Below, in pieces: positions 26,585 to 36,461 of a DNA stretch of 64,000 bases; within the stretch, counting starts at the first letter, position 1, and each line of letters begins with the position of its first letter. This DNA comes from a virus (taxonomy: Duplodnaviria > Caudoviricetes). The notes beneath the pieces were generated by a model that was not told the origin of the DNA, made no database searches, and saw only the letters and a program-made list of their open reading frames with translations. The stretch lies in the IMG/VR virus record IMGVR_UViG_2556921664_000001, positions 8,766 to 72,765 of that record; one strand, 5' to 3'. A program made the translations under genes and the position numbers.

Positions 26585-28382
26585 CTGCCAACTGTTTTAT
26601 TTTTTTCAAGTCCTTCATGTTTTTTATTCTTGTATTCCTTCCTTGATATTCGTCAACAAGCATTGACTGCAAAGTTTTTTTATTTTTCCCGTCCCAATAG
26701 ATTAATTCAATTCTATAAAACTCATTTTCAATATTTTCAAGAGTCTGCAACGTGGAAAAAAGCCAACACCATTTTTTGATTTTATAGGCGTCTGTAATAT
26801 ATCTGCTGTCAGTAAACGTACACCCTTCAATTGTTGTTTTAAAGTAATATGGATTATCAGCGGAATAGGTGGCGGTGGTTTCGTCTAATTTCCATTCATA
26901 ACTCTCGCAGGAATAATCCTCTATAACCGCTTCAGTAACAATATTGTCCAATATTGCTTCAGCCTGTTCTTTTCCGTAATAATCCTCTAACTGTTGCCAA
27001 AAAGCCCCTTTTATAAATTGTAGTGGTCGGGTGTCTTGCCCGTCGTCTTGGTTTTCGGGGGATACGGGCCAAGGAACAAGTACAACGTTATATATCCAAT
27101 GTTCATCTTTTAGTAATTTATCCATTATTTTTTGCGAATTAACACACGCCCACCAGTTAGATTTATACTCATGTTTTGGTTTATATGTAAAATTTCGTAC
27201 TTTTGTACTTGTCGGGTTCCCGTATGTATAGGTCATTAATTTTAGTTCGGGGTCTTCAATCGTTACCCATATAGGTTTGTCACTGCTCCGTATTGCAGGA
27301 CTATTCATATAACAATCGACGCCCTTAAAAAGTCCGTTGCCATATTCAAAAACAATAAAATCGTCTTGGTTTTCAGGCTGTTCTTCCTCGGTGGGTGTAT
27401 GGTTACAATTAGGCATAGGCGTTTTTATAACTTTTGCCCGTGTATTGCTGTATATGATTTTTTCTTTTTCGTTGGTGACAATATAACGGGCTTCTGATAT
27501 AACGCTAACCATGTTGCAGAATCTATAATCAAAAGAATTCCAAGAATTGATAAAAACGATATGAAACGAGCCAACCCAAAAATCAATCTGATATGAGCCA
27601 TCGGGATGACAAGACATATTATTAATTTTTGCTATACTCTGTATATGTTCATGGTCAAACCCGTTCAATGAATTTACAGCAGTTAAGGCTTTTTGGTTTA
27701 CTTTGTCTATATAGCTATCAAGGTTTATATTGTCTAAATTGTCCCCATCTTTTTTTACATATATACCGCCCGTGTTTTGTGCCTTTTCAAATCCTTCATA
27801 GTGAAAGATATACATTTCGTGATTGACGCCGTTAGAATAATATTTTTTTACGGTTTCAGAAAAGTCGTCTAATACCGCTGTGCATACTGCATAATAGCCC
27901 ATTCTGTAGGAATTGCTTTTTTTCCTTAATCCTTGTGGATAGTACAAATTTTTGCACGTATGCCCAACTTCAAAAAGGCTTGTATTATCTATAAAACAAG
28001 CGTCTTTTATATGCCAATTTTGCGGGGTTTGTATTGTGTTTTGATTTTGTCCATTAGTCCAGATCCCTTGATTAATGTAGAATTGTGACTTGTTGCCACA
28101 AGTTATATATTGTGCGTTCGTATCGCATAACTTTTGAAATGGTTTCAGTTTCGTGTCCGTATGCCATATAGATTTGTTAGGAATAAGCCATATAATACCG
28201 CCATTTGTTGGCGTTGGAATATAAGGCTGTGCCCCCGTGAAGGTATTTCCATAGATAACCTTACCGTCGGTCCATACCTGCTGCCCTGGCGTTACAATAC
28301 TGCTACCGGCGATATAGAAAGAGCGGCCGTTAATATCGGCCGCCATATTTCCACTTACAGATGCAATTGTCGTCTGATACAT
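26568..28382 (-). CDS. Tail tip / receptor-binding candidate
   Basis: Position after the tail hub gene; ATG at 28382 coupled to the upstream TGA; beta-rich sequence. Confidence 0.6.
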   Translation of the reverse strand: MYQTTIASVSGNMAADINGRSFYIAGSSIVTPGQQVWTDGKVIYGNTFTGAQPYIPTPTNGGIIWLIPNKSIWHTDTKLKPFQKLCDTNAQYITCGNKSQFYINQGIWTNGQNQNTIQTPQNWHIKDACFIDNTSLFEVGHTCKNLYYPQGLRKKSNSYRMGYYAVCTAVLDDFSETVKKYYSNGVNHEMYIFHYEGFEKAQNTGGIYVKKDGDNLDNINLDSYIDKVNQKALTAVNSLNGFDHEHIQSIAKINNMSCHPDGSYQIDFWVGSFHIVFINSWNSFDYRFCNMVSVISEARYIVTNEKEKIIYSNTRAKVIKTPMPNCNHTPTEEEQPENQDDFIVFEYGNGLFKGVDCYMNSPAIRSSDKPIWVTIEDPELKLMTYTYGNPTSTKVRNFTYKPKHEYKSNWWACVNSQKIMDKLLKDEHWIYNVVLVPWPVSPENQDDGQDTRPLQFIKGAFWQQLEDYYGKEQAEAILDNIVTEAVIEDYSCESYEWKLDETTATYSADNPYYFKTTIEGCTFTDSRYITDAYKIKKWCWLFSTLQTLENIENEFYRIELIYWDGKNKKTLQSMLVDEYQGRNTRIKNMKDLKKIKQLAGVENG

Positions 28383-30403
28383 CAATACCACCTCACAAGC
28401 TGAACGCTCTGCTTCAGCTCTCTTGTTGTCTGGCTTACAGCGTTGCTTACCAGATAATACTCATGCCCACGGAATCTGACTCTTTCGGAAAAATCGACAA
28501 CGTGGCCATAGCAATAAATATCCATGGTTACAGTTTCCTTGATCTTTCTGTTAAGCCATTTCAGTTCGTTTAGATAAGCCTTCAACTTATCCCTGTCAGA
28601 TGTAGGTACTTCAATTGATTCTTTTAGGCGATTACCTCTTCCCAGGGGATTATCATTATCACCATAATTTGCTCCACCCAATGTAATTGATTCCTGATTC
28701 TGAAGGTATCTGGATGCAGCTGCAGCTGGGGAACCGGTGCCTATTGAACTGCCTGCAAATTCTCCATCGATATAAACCGATGTACCATAGAAACCTCCAC
28801 CCAAAGGAGCGTGGATTGTCTTTCTGACAGTCTCATTGTCATTCTTGTCCGTGGTAGTTTCCACTTCCTGCCCCAGAACAAGGACACCACTTTTGCTGTG
28901 GGAATATTCATAGGTTGTAACTGTCTTGGAGCCATCTGTATGCTGAGTCGTTTTTCTTCTCAAATACTTGCTGGTTCCAAAGCCATCACCTATATAGTCA
29001 TAAGTTGTTACTTCGCCGTTGATTTCTTCCCTGCGTAAATATCCTGATTCATACGAACAGAGGGCATCACCAAATTTAAGTGTTCCCCAGAACGGAAGTG
29101 GCTCGATATAAAGTCCCCGGCCGGCATCATTACCGCTATCCAGATCACTGCCAGAATAATTAATCATGCTTCGCTCAATGACACGGTTTATTATAGGGTG
29201 GGTATGTGCCGTATCTGTAATATCAATTGTTCTGCTCTCATGACCACGCTGAATTATGTTCAGGGAATTATCACCGGCCCGCATAAACACATTTATTGCC
29301 TTATGAGGGATAGAACTGGACCACCCAAAAAGGCTGGATATGATATTTTCATAGGTCTGCCCCTCACCTATCCATGTTCCAGAATGAACGAAATCATCAC
29401 AGCAATAAACCAGCTTCTTACCCAAGGCGCTGGCAATATATGATGCGTGTTCAGACAGCCTATGTGTTTTCTGCCCAGGCCCATAGTTAATGCTCCGATA
29501 CAGAATTTCATCAACATCATACATTCCCTTGGCAGTAATAACCCTGTCCTGCTGTGTGGTTTCCCCCACACGATAAAGATAAGGAAAATCCAGTATCTTG
29601 CCACTGATATAATCCAGAATATTGATATTATCCGTGGTCTCCAAAGTGAAGGTATCTGCCAGGGTTAACTCCTGGAGATTCAAAGAAATGGACACCATAC
29701 CGGACTTTTCCTTCTGTGCTGCTGGCTTAAACGGATCACTGATAATTTTATCCGTTGGAATTGTCGTGTCACGAGGAATACTGATTTGGGTATCATAATA
29801 ATATTTGGCTGCTGCCATTGCTTTTACAGTAGTATCAAAATGCTGGGTTACTGTCTGAGCCGTGGTATCTCTTAATATTACAGCCGTATCATGGTATTGT
29901 TTTACATCAGCCTTGATAACTGTATTAGTATCATAATGCTGCACCACTTCATCACGTAAGCTAATGGCTGTATCCGCACTAATACTTATATCCTGCTGTA
30001 TATTGGTATAAGCATCAAAATAATAGGCTTGTTTATCCTTGCTTTCAATACCTAAAGCAGTATCAAAATAATTTGCAGTATCAGCCTTTAAGGTTATAGC
30101 TGTACTATAATGCTTTACTGTGTCAGTCCGTAATTTGATAAAGGTATCAGCATTAACGTTTATATCCTGCTGCAAAGTTAGGGCAGTATCATAGGTTTGT
30201 TCTGTGTCTGTATTGGCTTTTATGGCCGTATCAAAATAATAGCTTGTATCTGTGGACGATACGACGGTAGCCAATATTCTTGGCGTGCTAATACTAGATT
30301 TTTTTATGATTGCCGTTGTTAAAATTCTTGGCGTGCTTACAGCAGAATTTTTTATAATACCTGTGGTTAATATTCGGGGAGTGCTTATTGAGCTATTAGA
30401 CAT
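28382..30403 (-). CDS. Tail/baseplate protein with N-terminal repeats
   Basis: STPRIL x3 followed by ~14-aa (Y/F/A)DT repeats; position in the tail module. Confidence 0.65.
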   Translation of the reverse strand: MSNSSISTPRILTTGIIKNSAVSTPRILTTAIIKKSSISTPRILATVVSSTDTSYYFDTAIKANTDTEQTYDTALTLQQDINVNADTFIKLRTDTVKHYSTAITLKADTANYFDTALGIESKDKQAYYFDAYTNIQQDISISADTAISLRDEVVQHYDTNTVIKADVKQYHDTAVILRDTTAQTVTQHFDTTVKAMAAAKYYYDTQISIPRDTTIPTDKIISDPFKPAAQKEKSGMVSISLNLQELTLADTFTLETTDNINILDYISGKILDFPYLYRVGETTQQDRVITAKGMYDVDEILYRSINYGPGQKTHRLSEHASYIASALGKKLVYCCDDFVHSGTWIGEGQTYENIISSLFGWSSSIPHKAINVFMRAGDNSLNIIQRGHESRTIDITDTAHTHPIINRVIERSMINYSGSDLDSGNDAGRGLYIEPLPFWGTLKFGDALCSYESGYLRREEINGEVTTYDYIGDGFGTSKYLRRKTTQHTDGSKTVTTYEYSHSKSGVLVLGQEVETTTDKNDNETVRKTIHAPLGGGFYGTSVYIDGEFAGSSIGTGSPAAAASRYLQNQESITLGGANYGDNDNPLGRGNRLKESIEVPTSDRDKLKAYLNELKWLNRKIKETVTMDIYCYGHVVDFSERVRFRGHEYYLVSNAVSQTTRELKQSVQLVRWY

Positions 30404-30416
30404 TTAAGCCACCCCC

Positions 30417-31268
30417 TTATTTTTTCGCCGTTAATGTAATATCTTTTATGTTTGTTGGCAGTTCGTCAAAATACATTCCATTACCATTGGCGGGAATTTC
30501 CTTTGTATCTGAATAATTGCCCATTGAACATTGAATATTTTTAATCGTGTCGCCTAATACGGTCGTCGCCATGCCTACGTTACAGCCCGTTACCTTATAG
30601 CCGTTTAAAACCGATAAGTCGGGTTGTAATTTTAATGTGCTGTTTTCTGCTTCTGAACCGTAAGAATCACCACTACTATCAAAGGTAAAACCATTATTTG
30701 TAATGGTTGCTGGTACTTCTATAACGGTTTCGTTCATAGGAAAATATTGGTCAGAGATGATTATATTTTTCATTGTTGGAATATAATTACTCCAAAATGT
30801 ACTTGCTATTTTGCAACTTATAGCTTTTACGCCTGTTTTTACATAATCCGTATATGTCCCGATTTTATCGCCGTCAAGGTAAAAATTAACTGTCCCCGCT
30901 ACCGTATCAATAACTAAATATATTCTATGCCATACATTCATATAAATTGACGCAGAAAACACATCATTGCTTGTATTACGGAATTTTATTAGTTTTTTAC
31001 TCGCATCCAAATATACCTGTATGGTTGATTTAATTACTTTATCATAAGCCCCGTCACTCATGTATACTTGTATTGGGTAACAATTTATGTAGTTATAATT
31101 TGTGTCATAAAACAGGTCAAAAGCAACATACAACTTTGTATTTTGTACGTTAGGTAATGTGAGTTTAGCCTCACCGTTACCAATACATTTATACTTTTTA
31201 TTATTTGTATAAGATTTTAAAGTGCTGTTGTCAAAAAGTGTCGGTATGCTTGAATTTATATATTTCAT
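30417..31268 (-). CDS. LamG/concanavalin-like tail protein (possible receptor binding)
   Basis: WHRIYLVIDTVAGTVNFYLDG is LamG-like; start moved to the ATG at 31268 on the GAGGTGG RBS. Confidence 0.6.
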   Translation of the reverse strand: MKYINSSIPTLFDNSTLKSYTNNKKYKCIGNGEAKLTLPNVQNTKLYVAFDLFYDTNYNYINCYPIQVYMSDGAYDKVIKSTIQVYLDASKKLIKFRNTSNDVFSASIYMNVWHRIYLVIDTVAGTVNFYLDGDKIGTYTDYVKTGVKAISCKIASTFWSNYIPTMKNIIISDQYFPMNETVIEVPATITNNGFTFDSSGDSYGSEAENSTLKLQPDLSVLNGYKVTGCNVGMATTVLGDTIKNIQCSMGNYSDTKEIPANGNGMYFDELPTNIKDITLTAKK

Positions 31269-31281
31269 AACAAACCACCTC

Positions 31282-31734
31282 TTAAACAGCTTCAACAGTA
31301 GCTTTTAAGCACACGGCGGTGCTATTGTCGTTTATTGGTGTTGTGGCGTTGCTTGCGTCGTACTTTACCCAAAGGATAGTATTTACATCCGTTACATCAT
31401 CACTAATATCTGCGCTATGTCCCCATGTGCCTTTACTAAGAGCATCCTCAGCACTGGAGTAGTTATTATCTAGGCACACATACCAATTAGCGACATTGCC
31501 GCCAGTAGCCTGATATTCTGTACCATCCCAATAAGCAAATGAAATATTGACACCATCAGTTGTTTTATAGCCAGAATCAGTTCTTACAGCTACCTTTACA
31601 GCCTTTTGTTCTGACAGCTTCAATGTTAATGCCAGTGGGCTGGTCTGGGTATTATCCTGTGAAATAGCTGTACCGTCCTTCTTGCCAGCCGTTGGATTAT
31701 TGCAATATAGATTAATCATAGTCATATCCTCCAT
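31282..31734 (-). CDS. Tail protein (150 aa)
   Basis: Coupled ORF in the tail module. Confidence 0.65.
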   Translation of the reverse strand: MEDMTMINLYCNNPTAGKKDGTAISQDNTQTSPLALTLKLSEQKAVKVAVRTDSGYKTTDGVNISFAYWDGTEYQATGGNVANWYVCLDNNYSSAEDALSKGTWGHSADISDDVTDVNTILWVKYDASNATTPINDNSTAVCLKATVEAV

Positions 31735-32057
31735 AACTCAATCTCACAATTGATGTAATTCTCGAATCTTTCCTTATAGCCATAGGCAAGAATCCTCACC
31801 CTCATCCTGGGCCATACCACACCGGAAGAATCAGTAAAATCAATGAGTTCCCGGCTCTGGTAATAATTCCAGACCTTCAAAAATTCATCCCGTTTAAACA
31901 CGGCATTAAGTGTAATCTTGTCCCCACTGGCTACACTCCCAAAATCCTGCACCACATTTCCGCCATCAGTCTGTACCAAAGTTTGGCGATCATCTGGGTG
32001 GAATTTAAAATCAATCGGAGTGGTCAAAGAGACTGCATCACCTATCCTAATCTTCAT
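31722..32057 (-). CDS. Distal-tail-like protein (111 aa)
   Basis: Directly downstream of the tape measure gene. Confidence 0.6.
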   Translation of the reverse strand: MKIRIGDAVSLTTPIDFKFHPDDRQTLVQTDGGNVVQDFGSVASGDKITLNAVFKRDEFLKVWNYYQSRELIDFTDSSGVVWPRMRVRILAYGYKERFENYINCEIELWRI

Positions 32058-32061
32058 CTGC

Positions 32062-34452
32062 TTATCCTCCTCCGTAGCTTATGTTTACATTGCTGTTTTG
32101 TGGCAGCATATCAAGTATCTTCTTGGCCGCTGTATCGGCCACTTCATGGGACACATCCTCAAGGCCATGAACATCCACATTGAGGTTGTAGTTGATATTC
32201 TCCTGAGATGCCGTAACAGGAGAAGGCGCCGGGGTATTACCAATCTTGCTCATGACTTCTTCGTTGTAATCAGGAGCAAACATTGGAACTGCATCCGTTC
32301 CTTTCAGGATAAACCGGGTAGGCATCTTGTCATAAATCGGAATGATGTTTTCCTTGGCGTTCTTAAATACCTGTTCAAAGCCGGCTATTTCCTCTCTTGA
32401 TGTCCAGGCATCAGCAGGAAGATTGGCATCCTTTCTAAGCTGCTCCACAATAGCCTGCATAGCATTGGCCTGCTTTTCCTCCATACTTCCGCCACCGGCC
32501 ATAGCCTTACGATAGAGTTTGAGGTATTTATAATTCTCCTTGAACATATGGAGCGCAGTTTCCTGTTGGAGCTGACGCTTCTGCTCCTCCGCCCATTTGG
32601 TTGCCTTGACCTCATCAAGACCTTTCTTTTCCCAGGCTTCTTTTTCACGGTCAATTTCATCCATTCTATTCTGGAATGCTGACTTCCAGACAGAGTCAAT
32701 GGATCGGGCAACATCATCATTGAACTGCTTAATTACCTTTGCCTTTTGGGCTTCAGTAGCTTTTGCCAGCTCAACCTCAGATACGCCCGCCTCTTTATAC
32801 TTTTCCATAGCCTTATCAATGGAATGAAGCTGTGTTTCAAGTTCCATATGAGTAAGACCGTAAATGCTCTCCTGCATTTCCCTACTGGCCTTGGCCACAT
32901 CCCCAAGACGGTTCTTTTCCGCCTGCTCCTGGGCCTTAATCTGGGCCACTTCTTTTTGCCGGGCCTTGCTACGCTTTTCAATGTCAGCATAATATTCCTT
33001 CTCTGCCTTGCTGGATCTTTCAGCATCATCATTTTTGGAGCGCTGCTGCTGTACATCATCAAATGTACGCAAGGTTGCCCCCACAAGAGGTAGCATTGTC
33101 GGGTTTCCTGCATAAGCAAGCAATGCCGTACCATAGCCGGCATCGAATTCAGCCTTAATATCACGTAATACCTCACCGACATTTCTGGCATTTACGCCAA
33201 TAGCATCCAGCCCGCTTGCCACAAGGTCAATGGCTTTACCAGCCTCATGCATCACGTCAATGAGGATTTCCCCCATCAGCTTTATTTCTTCCTTGTTATC
33301 TGAAATCAGCTTTATCCAGGACACGAACATTTCCGTAATCTCAGGAAGAAGTTCCCGTGACACTGGCAGAAGTGCCGCCCCCAAAGCCATCTTGAGCTGA
33401 CCCATTTCCATTTCCATCTTTTGCCACTCAAGGTAAGTTTCATGAGCCTCGGCAGGATTTAAAAGTCCTGTCGTTTTCACGCTCTTGGAAATAGCCATCA
33501 GGTCATTATATTCTTCAAGGACCGGGATAAGTGCCGCACCCTTTGCACCAAGAACTTCAGCCGTAAAGGCCTCAACCTCACCAGCTTCAGCCGCATTCCT
33601 ATACCCCTTTGCTAATTGCTCCAGCTGTTCATTTATCTGTAGTAAGTTTCCACCTTCATCAGTAATGGTGACACCAAATTTTTGAAGAGCCTTTGATGTG
33701 GCATTACCGGATGCACCGGCAGATAACAGCTGTTTATCTATCCTAGCAATAAAAGGCGTAAGGCTGTTGATGTTAGAACCTGCCAATGAAAAAACCCTGC
33801 TCAGCTCCGCGGCTTCACCAGTTGTCATATTAAGTCGGGTCTGCAGCTTATAGAGGTTATTACCCGCCATCATGGCATCCTTGGTAATATTAAAAAGACC
33901 GGCGCCAGTACCGGCTACAGCCATAAATGCTGCCAGCTTCGCATTAAGCAGGGTATAACCTTCAGTCAGCTTGCCGATTCCAGTTCTTGCCATTCCCGCC
34001 CCTTTGGATATGGAGCTAAAAGCCCTGTTGGACTTAGGTGGTATGGCATTTAAGGAATTACCAAGGGTTCTTAGCTGTGCCTCAAGACCAGCGATGTTCT
34101 TCTGCTGATAGAGGAGATTCATCTCAGCCCTTTGGGTTATACCATGACCAATGCCATGATCTTTTACAGACCTCTGGTACTGGGCCTGAAGGATAGCTTC
34201 CTTCTGCCTTTGGATATCCAGCTGTTTATTGATGGCCTCATATTTCAGTTTTATCTTATCCAGCTCAGAGCCAACACCTGTCAGCTTTGACAAATCTACA
34301 TCTGTCTTGAGCTGGATTTTCTTATTTTGGTTATTGAGCTTGGTGATGGCCTGATTGACTGTTTTCCCGGCAGTATCAAAGCCAAGTTTCAGGTCATTAA
34401 TATTAAGCCCAAGACTGATATAAAGTTCTTCAATTTCCTGCCCCTTAGCCAT
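32062..34452 (-). CDS. Tail tape measure protein
   Basis: 796 aa, Ala/Gly/Lys-rich helical sequence with hydrophobic segments; follows the tail chaperones. Confidence 0.88.
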   Translation of the reverse strand: MAKGQEIEELYISLGLNINDLKLGFDTAGKTVNQAITKLNNQNKKIQLKTDVDLSKLTGVGSELDKIKLKYEAINKQLDIQRQKEAILQAQYQRSVKDHGIGHGITQRAEMNLLYQQKNIAGLEAQLRTLGNSLNAIPPKSNRAFSSISKGAGMARTGIGKLTEGYTLLNAKLAAFMAVAGTGAGLFNITKDAMMAGNNLYKLQTRLNMTTGEAAELSRVFSLAGSNINSLTPFIARIDKQLLSAGASGNATSKALQKFGVTITDEGGNLLQINEQLEQLAKGYRNAAEAGEVEAFTAEVLGAKGAALIPVLEEYNDLMAISKSVKTTGLLNPAEAHETYLEWQKMEMEMGQLKMALGAALLPVSRELLPEITEMFVSWIKLISDNKEEIKLMGEILIDVMHEAGKAIDLVASGLDAIGVNARNVGEVLRDIKAEFDAGYGTALLAYAGNPTMLPLVGATLRTFDDVQQQRSKNDDAERSSKAEKEYYADIEKRSKARQKEVAQIKAQEQAEKNRLGDVAKASREMQESIYGLTHMELETQLHSIDKAMEKYKEAGVSEVELAKATEAQKAKVIKQFNDDVARSIDSVWKSAFQNRMDEIDREKEAWEKKGLDEVKATKWAEEQKRQLQQETALHMFKENYKYLKLYRKAMAGGGSMEEKQANAMQAIVEQLRKDANLPADAWTSREEIAGFEQVFKNAKENIIPIYDKMPTRFILKGTDAVPMFAPDYNEEVMSKIGNTPAPSPVTASQENINYNLNVDVHGLEDVSHEVADTAAKKILDMLPQNSNVNISYGGG

Positions 34453-34545
34453 TATTACACTTCCTTTATTTCAAACAGGATTTATTTAATTATTGTCGAA
34501 TTGTTTTCTTAAAAAATCTTTTAGTAGAATGTACAGGAGAATAAA

Positions 34546-34788
34546 ATGAAATCACTAATATGTACTAGCTGTGGAGCATCTGAATTTATCAAAAGAGATG
34601 GATATCAAGAATGTGCCTACTGTGGTGTGAAGTACAAACTTGAAGTTAATACTAAGGGCACTTTCATGGAAGATGAAATTGCAACCCTGCTTCAAAAATG
34701 TAAGTTAGAACCACACAATGCCAGGAAATATGCAAATCTTATCTTGGATATCGATCCAGGCAATAAAGAGGCCATGAGATATTTATAA
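34546..34788 (+). CDS. Moron: Zn-ribbon protein with a TPR-like tail (80 aa)
   Basis: CTSCG...CAYCG and LILDIDPGN; opposite strand to the tail operon. Confidence 0.75.
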   Translation: MKSLICTSCGASEFIKRDGYQECAYCGVKYKLEVNTKGTFMEDEIATLLQKCKLEPHNARKYANLILDIDPGNKEAMRYL

Positions 34789-34800
34789 GGGGGATTATTT

Positions 34801-35388
34801 ATGATTACCAGAAAAGAAATATCCAAAAGATATAATTTTAACATGAATGATTTTGATGAATTCTTGCGTAGAAACAATATTAAATGGGAATCAGAAGGAT
34901 TCTTTGGAGATAAGTTTCTTCCAGATGGTTTAGAGGAATGGATAACTAGATATCAAAATGTTTTAACCGCTCGAGCTGATGAAGCTAGGAGGATGCAGGA
35001 ACAAGAAAATGCAAAACAGCAAGCACTCGCTCAAATGCTCATTAGCTCCGGATTTAATTTTGAAGGATACAAAATTGTAAAATACTCTGGCTACATCTCT
35101 GGTGATGATGTTATCCAAATTCCACGTGGCCAGGGTGGATATCTGTTTGATACTACAGCAGATGTAGGCGAAGAATTATCAAAAGCTTTACGTCAAATTC
35201 GTAGACAAGCAATTCAAGAATTAAAAGAAGCAGCATATAACTTAGGATGCAACGCAGTTATCGGTGTCGATTTTGATTACATAACTATGGACCCAGAAAC
35301 TGCAAGTGCAGCTGGCGGAACGTTATACCTACCGTATGTTTTTTGTGTAACTGCAAATGGTAATGCTGTCGTTATTGAAAAGGAATAA
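34801..35388 (+). CDS. Moron: YbjQ/UPF0145-like domain protein
   Basis: GFNFEGYKIVKYSG...AIQELKEAAYNLGCNAVIGVDFDY. Confidence 0.8.
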   Translation: MITRKEISKRYNFNMNDFDEFLRRNNIKWESEGFFGDKFLPDGLEEWITRYQNVLTARADEARRMQEQENAKQQALAQMLISSGFNFEGYKIVKYSGYISGDDVIQIPRGQGGYLFDTTADVGEELSKALRQIRRQAIQELKEAAYNLGCNAVIGVDFDYITMDPETASAAGGTLYLPYVFCVTANGNAVVIEKE

Positions 35389-35391
35389 TAG

Positions 35392-35588
35392 TTATCCCAT
35401 CACATCCTCAATATACGCCGGTTTATAATTCTTCTTGGTGATTATTACCATCTGCTCCAAAAGCACTTCCAGGTCGGACTCATCAATCTCGCTGATTGTC
35501 CATCCATAGGCTGACTGGAGCCGTTCATAATAACTTAATATATGTTCATACGGAGACAACTCTACTGAGCTGTCTCCGTTTCTGCATT
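35392..35588 (-). CDS. Tail assembly chaperone T segment, expressed as a GT fusion by -1 frameshift
   Basis: Not in the ORF track. The -1 frame reads KCRNGDSSVELSPYEHILSYYERLQSAYGWTISEIDESDLEVLLEQ...VMG* with no start codon of its own near an RBS. Confidence 0.8.
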
Positions 35589-35592
35589 TGGG
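35550..35592 (-). promoter_or_regulatory. Programmed -1 ribosomal frameshift signal
   Basis: In-frame C CCA AAT heptamer (35586-35592), 6-nt spacer, ACGGAGACA/TGTCTCCGT stem (35550-35579). Confidence 0.8.
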
Positions 35593-35879
35593 GCTTTAGC
35601 AAGTTTTTCAAATGTCATTGTTTGAATCCACTTGAATAGCTTTCTTACCATAGGGACTACATCTGCAATCTCCATATACTCATCAATAGATTCCTCATTG
35701 ACCACATCAGGCTTACCGAAGGCAAGCACAATAAGATCAATCTGCTCTTTCAAAAAATCATCCAGCTGTTCCTTGCTTCTGTCCCTGTCCGCAGACTTCA
35801 AAAAAGCCCGCCACACCTTCATCTTGGGTGCAGCGGGTTCGATTTTTTTTCCGTTGATTATGATAAAAGGTGTATCCAT
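35562..35879 (-). CDS. Tail assembly chaperone G
   Basis: Lies between the major tail protein and TMP genes and ends in a slippery site. Confidence 0.85.
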   Translation of the reverse strand: MDTPFIIINGKKIEPAAPKMKVWRAFLKSADRDRSKEQLDDFLKEQIDLIVLAFGKPDVVNEESIDEYMEIADVVPMVRKLFKWIQTMTFEKLAKAPNAETETAQ

Positions 35880-35882
35880 AAA

Positions 35883-36461
35883 TTACACCTCCGTATACCA
35901 CGCAGCAGCAGTTTCAGCTGTAAAGCCGGTAGCTTCCTCATCAGCCTGACGGTAGGAAAGGCCATCAGCAGTACGATAAATAGCCTTGGCGCCAAGAGTT
36001 GGTGTGTTGTAGCTGATATTCTCTGCCTTGGTCTGTGGGTTCTCATCCGGCTCATTAAACTGAACCTTGAAGAACTTGCAGAACCTCTTCTTTCCATTCT
36101 TCTTGGTGGATTCAAACATCACAGCAAAGTATGGCGAAACATCATCCTTGCTGGCTGTCATCACGCCATCCTTAATTTCATGCCCAAGAAGGTATGCCTT
36201 GTACTCCAAAGGCAGGGTGGCAATATCCACGGTCAGTTCATACTCACTGGTTGTGCTGGCGGTGTCCACTGCCTGGTTATCTGCATAAAGGGTTGCAGAT
36301 GAATTCTGTGGCTTAATAGACACCTGCCGGATATGAGGAATGGAAATAATCTCTTCATAGGTTGGGGTACCGTCTTTTGGGTCATCAATGAGCTTTGCTA
36401 CATGAAATCCCTTAAGCCCGATAAAAGGAGAATTGGTAATCCCCGTCTGTGGTGCTGTCAT
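35883..36461 (-). CDS. Major tail protein (phi13-like)
   Basis: IGLKGFHVAKL...ATLYADN...YFAVMFES...F.EPDENPQTK pattern and position. Confidence 0.88.
   Translation of the reverse strand: MTAPQTGITNSPFIGLKGFHVAKLIDDPKDGTPTYEEIISIPHIRQVSIKPQNSSATLYADNQAVDTASTTSEYELTVDIATLPLEYKAYLLGHEIKDGVMTASKDDVSPYFAVMFESTKKNGKKRFCKFFKVQFNEPDENPQTKAENISYNTPTLGAKAIYRTADGLSYRQADEEATGFTAETAAAWYTEV

Noticed and set aside
30282-30403. Short DNA direct repeats resembling a CRISPR array
   Set aside because: They are in-frame coding repeats (STPRIL) with degenerate codons and no unique spacers or cas genes.
26568-31268. Diversity-generating retroelement or shufflon in the tail genes
   Set aside because: No RT, no TR/VR pair differing at adenines, and no invertase or inverted cassette repeats seen.
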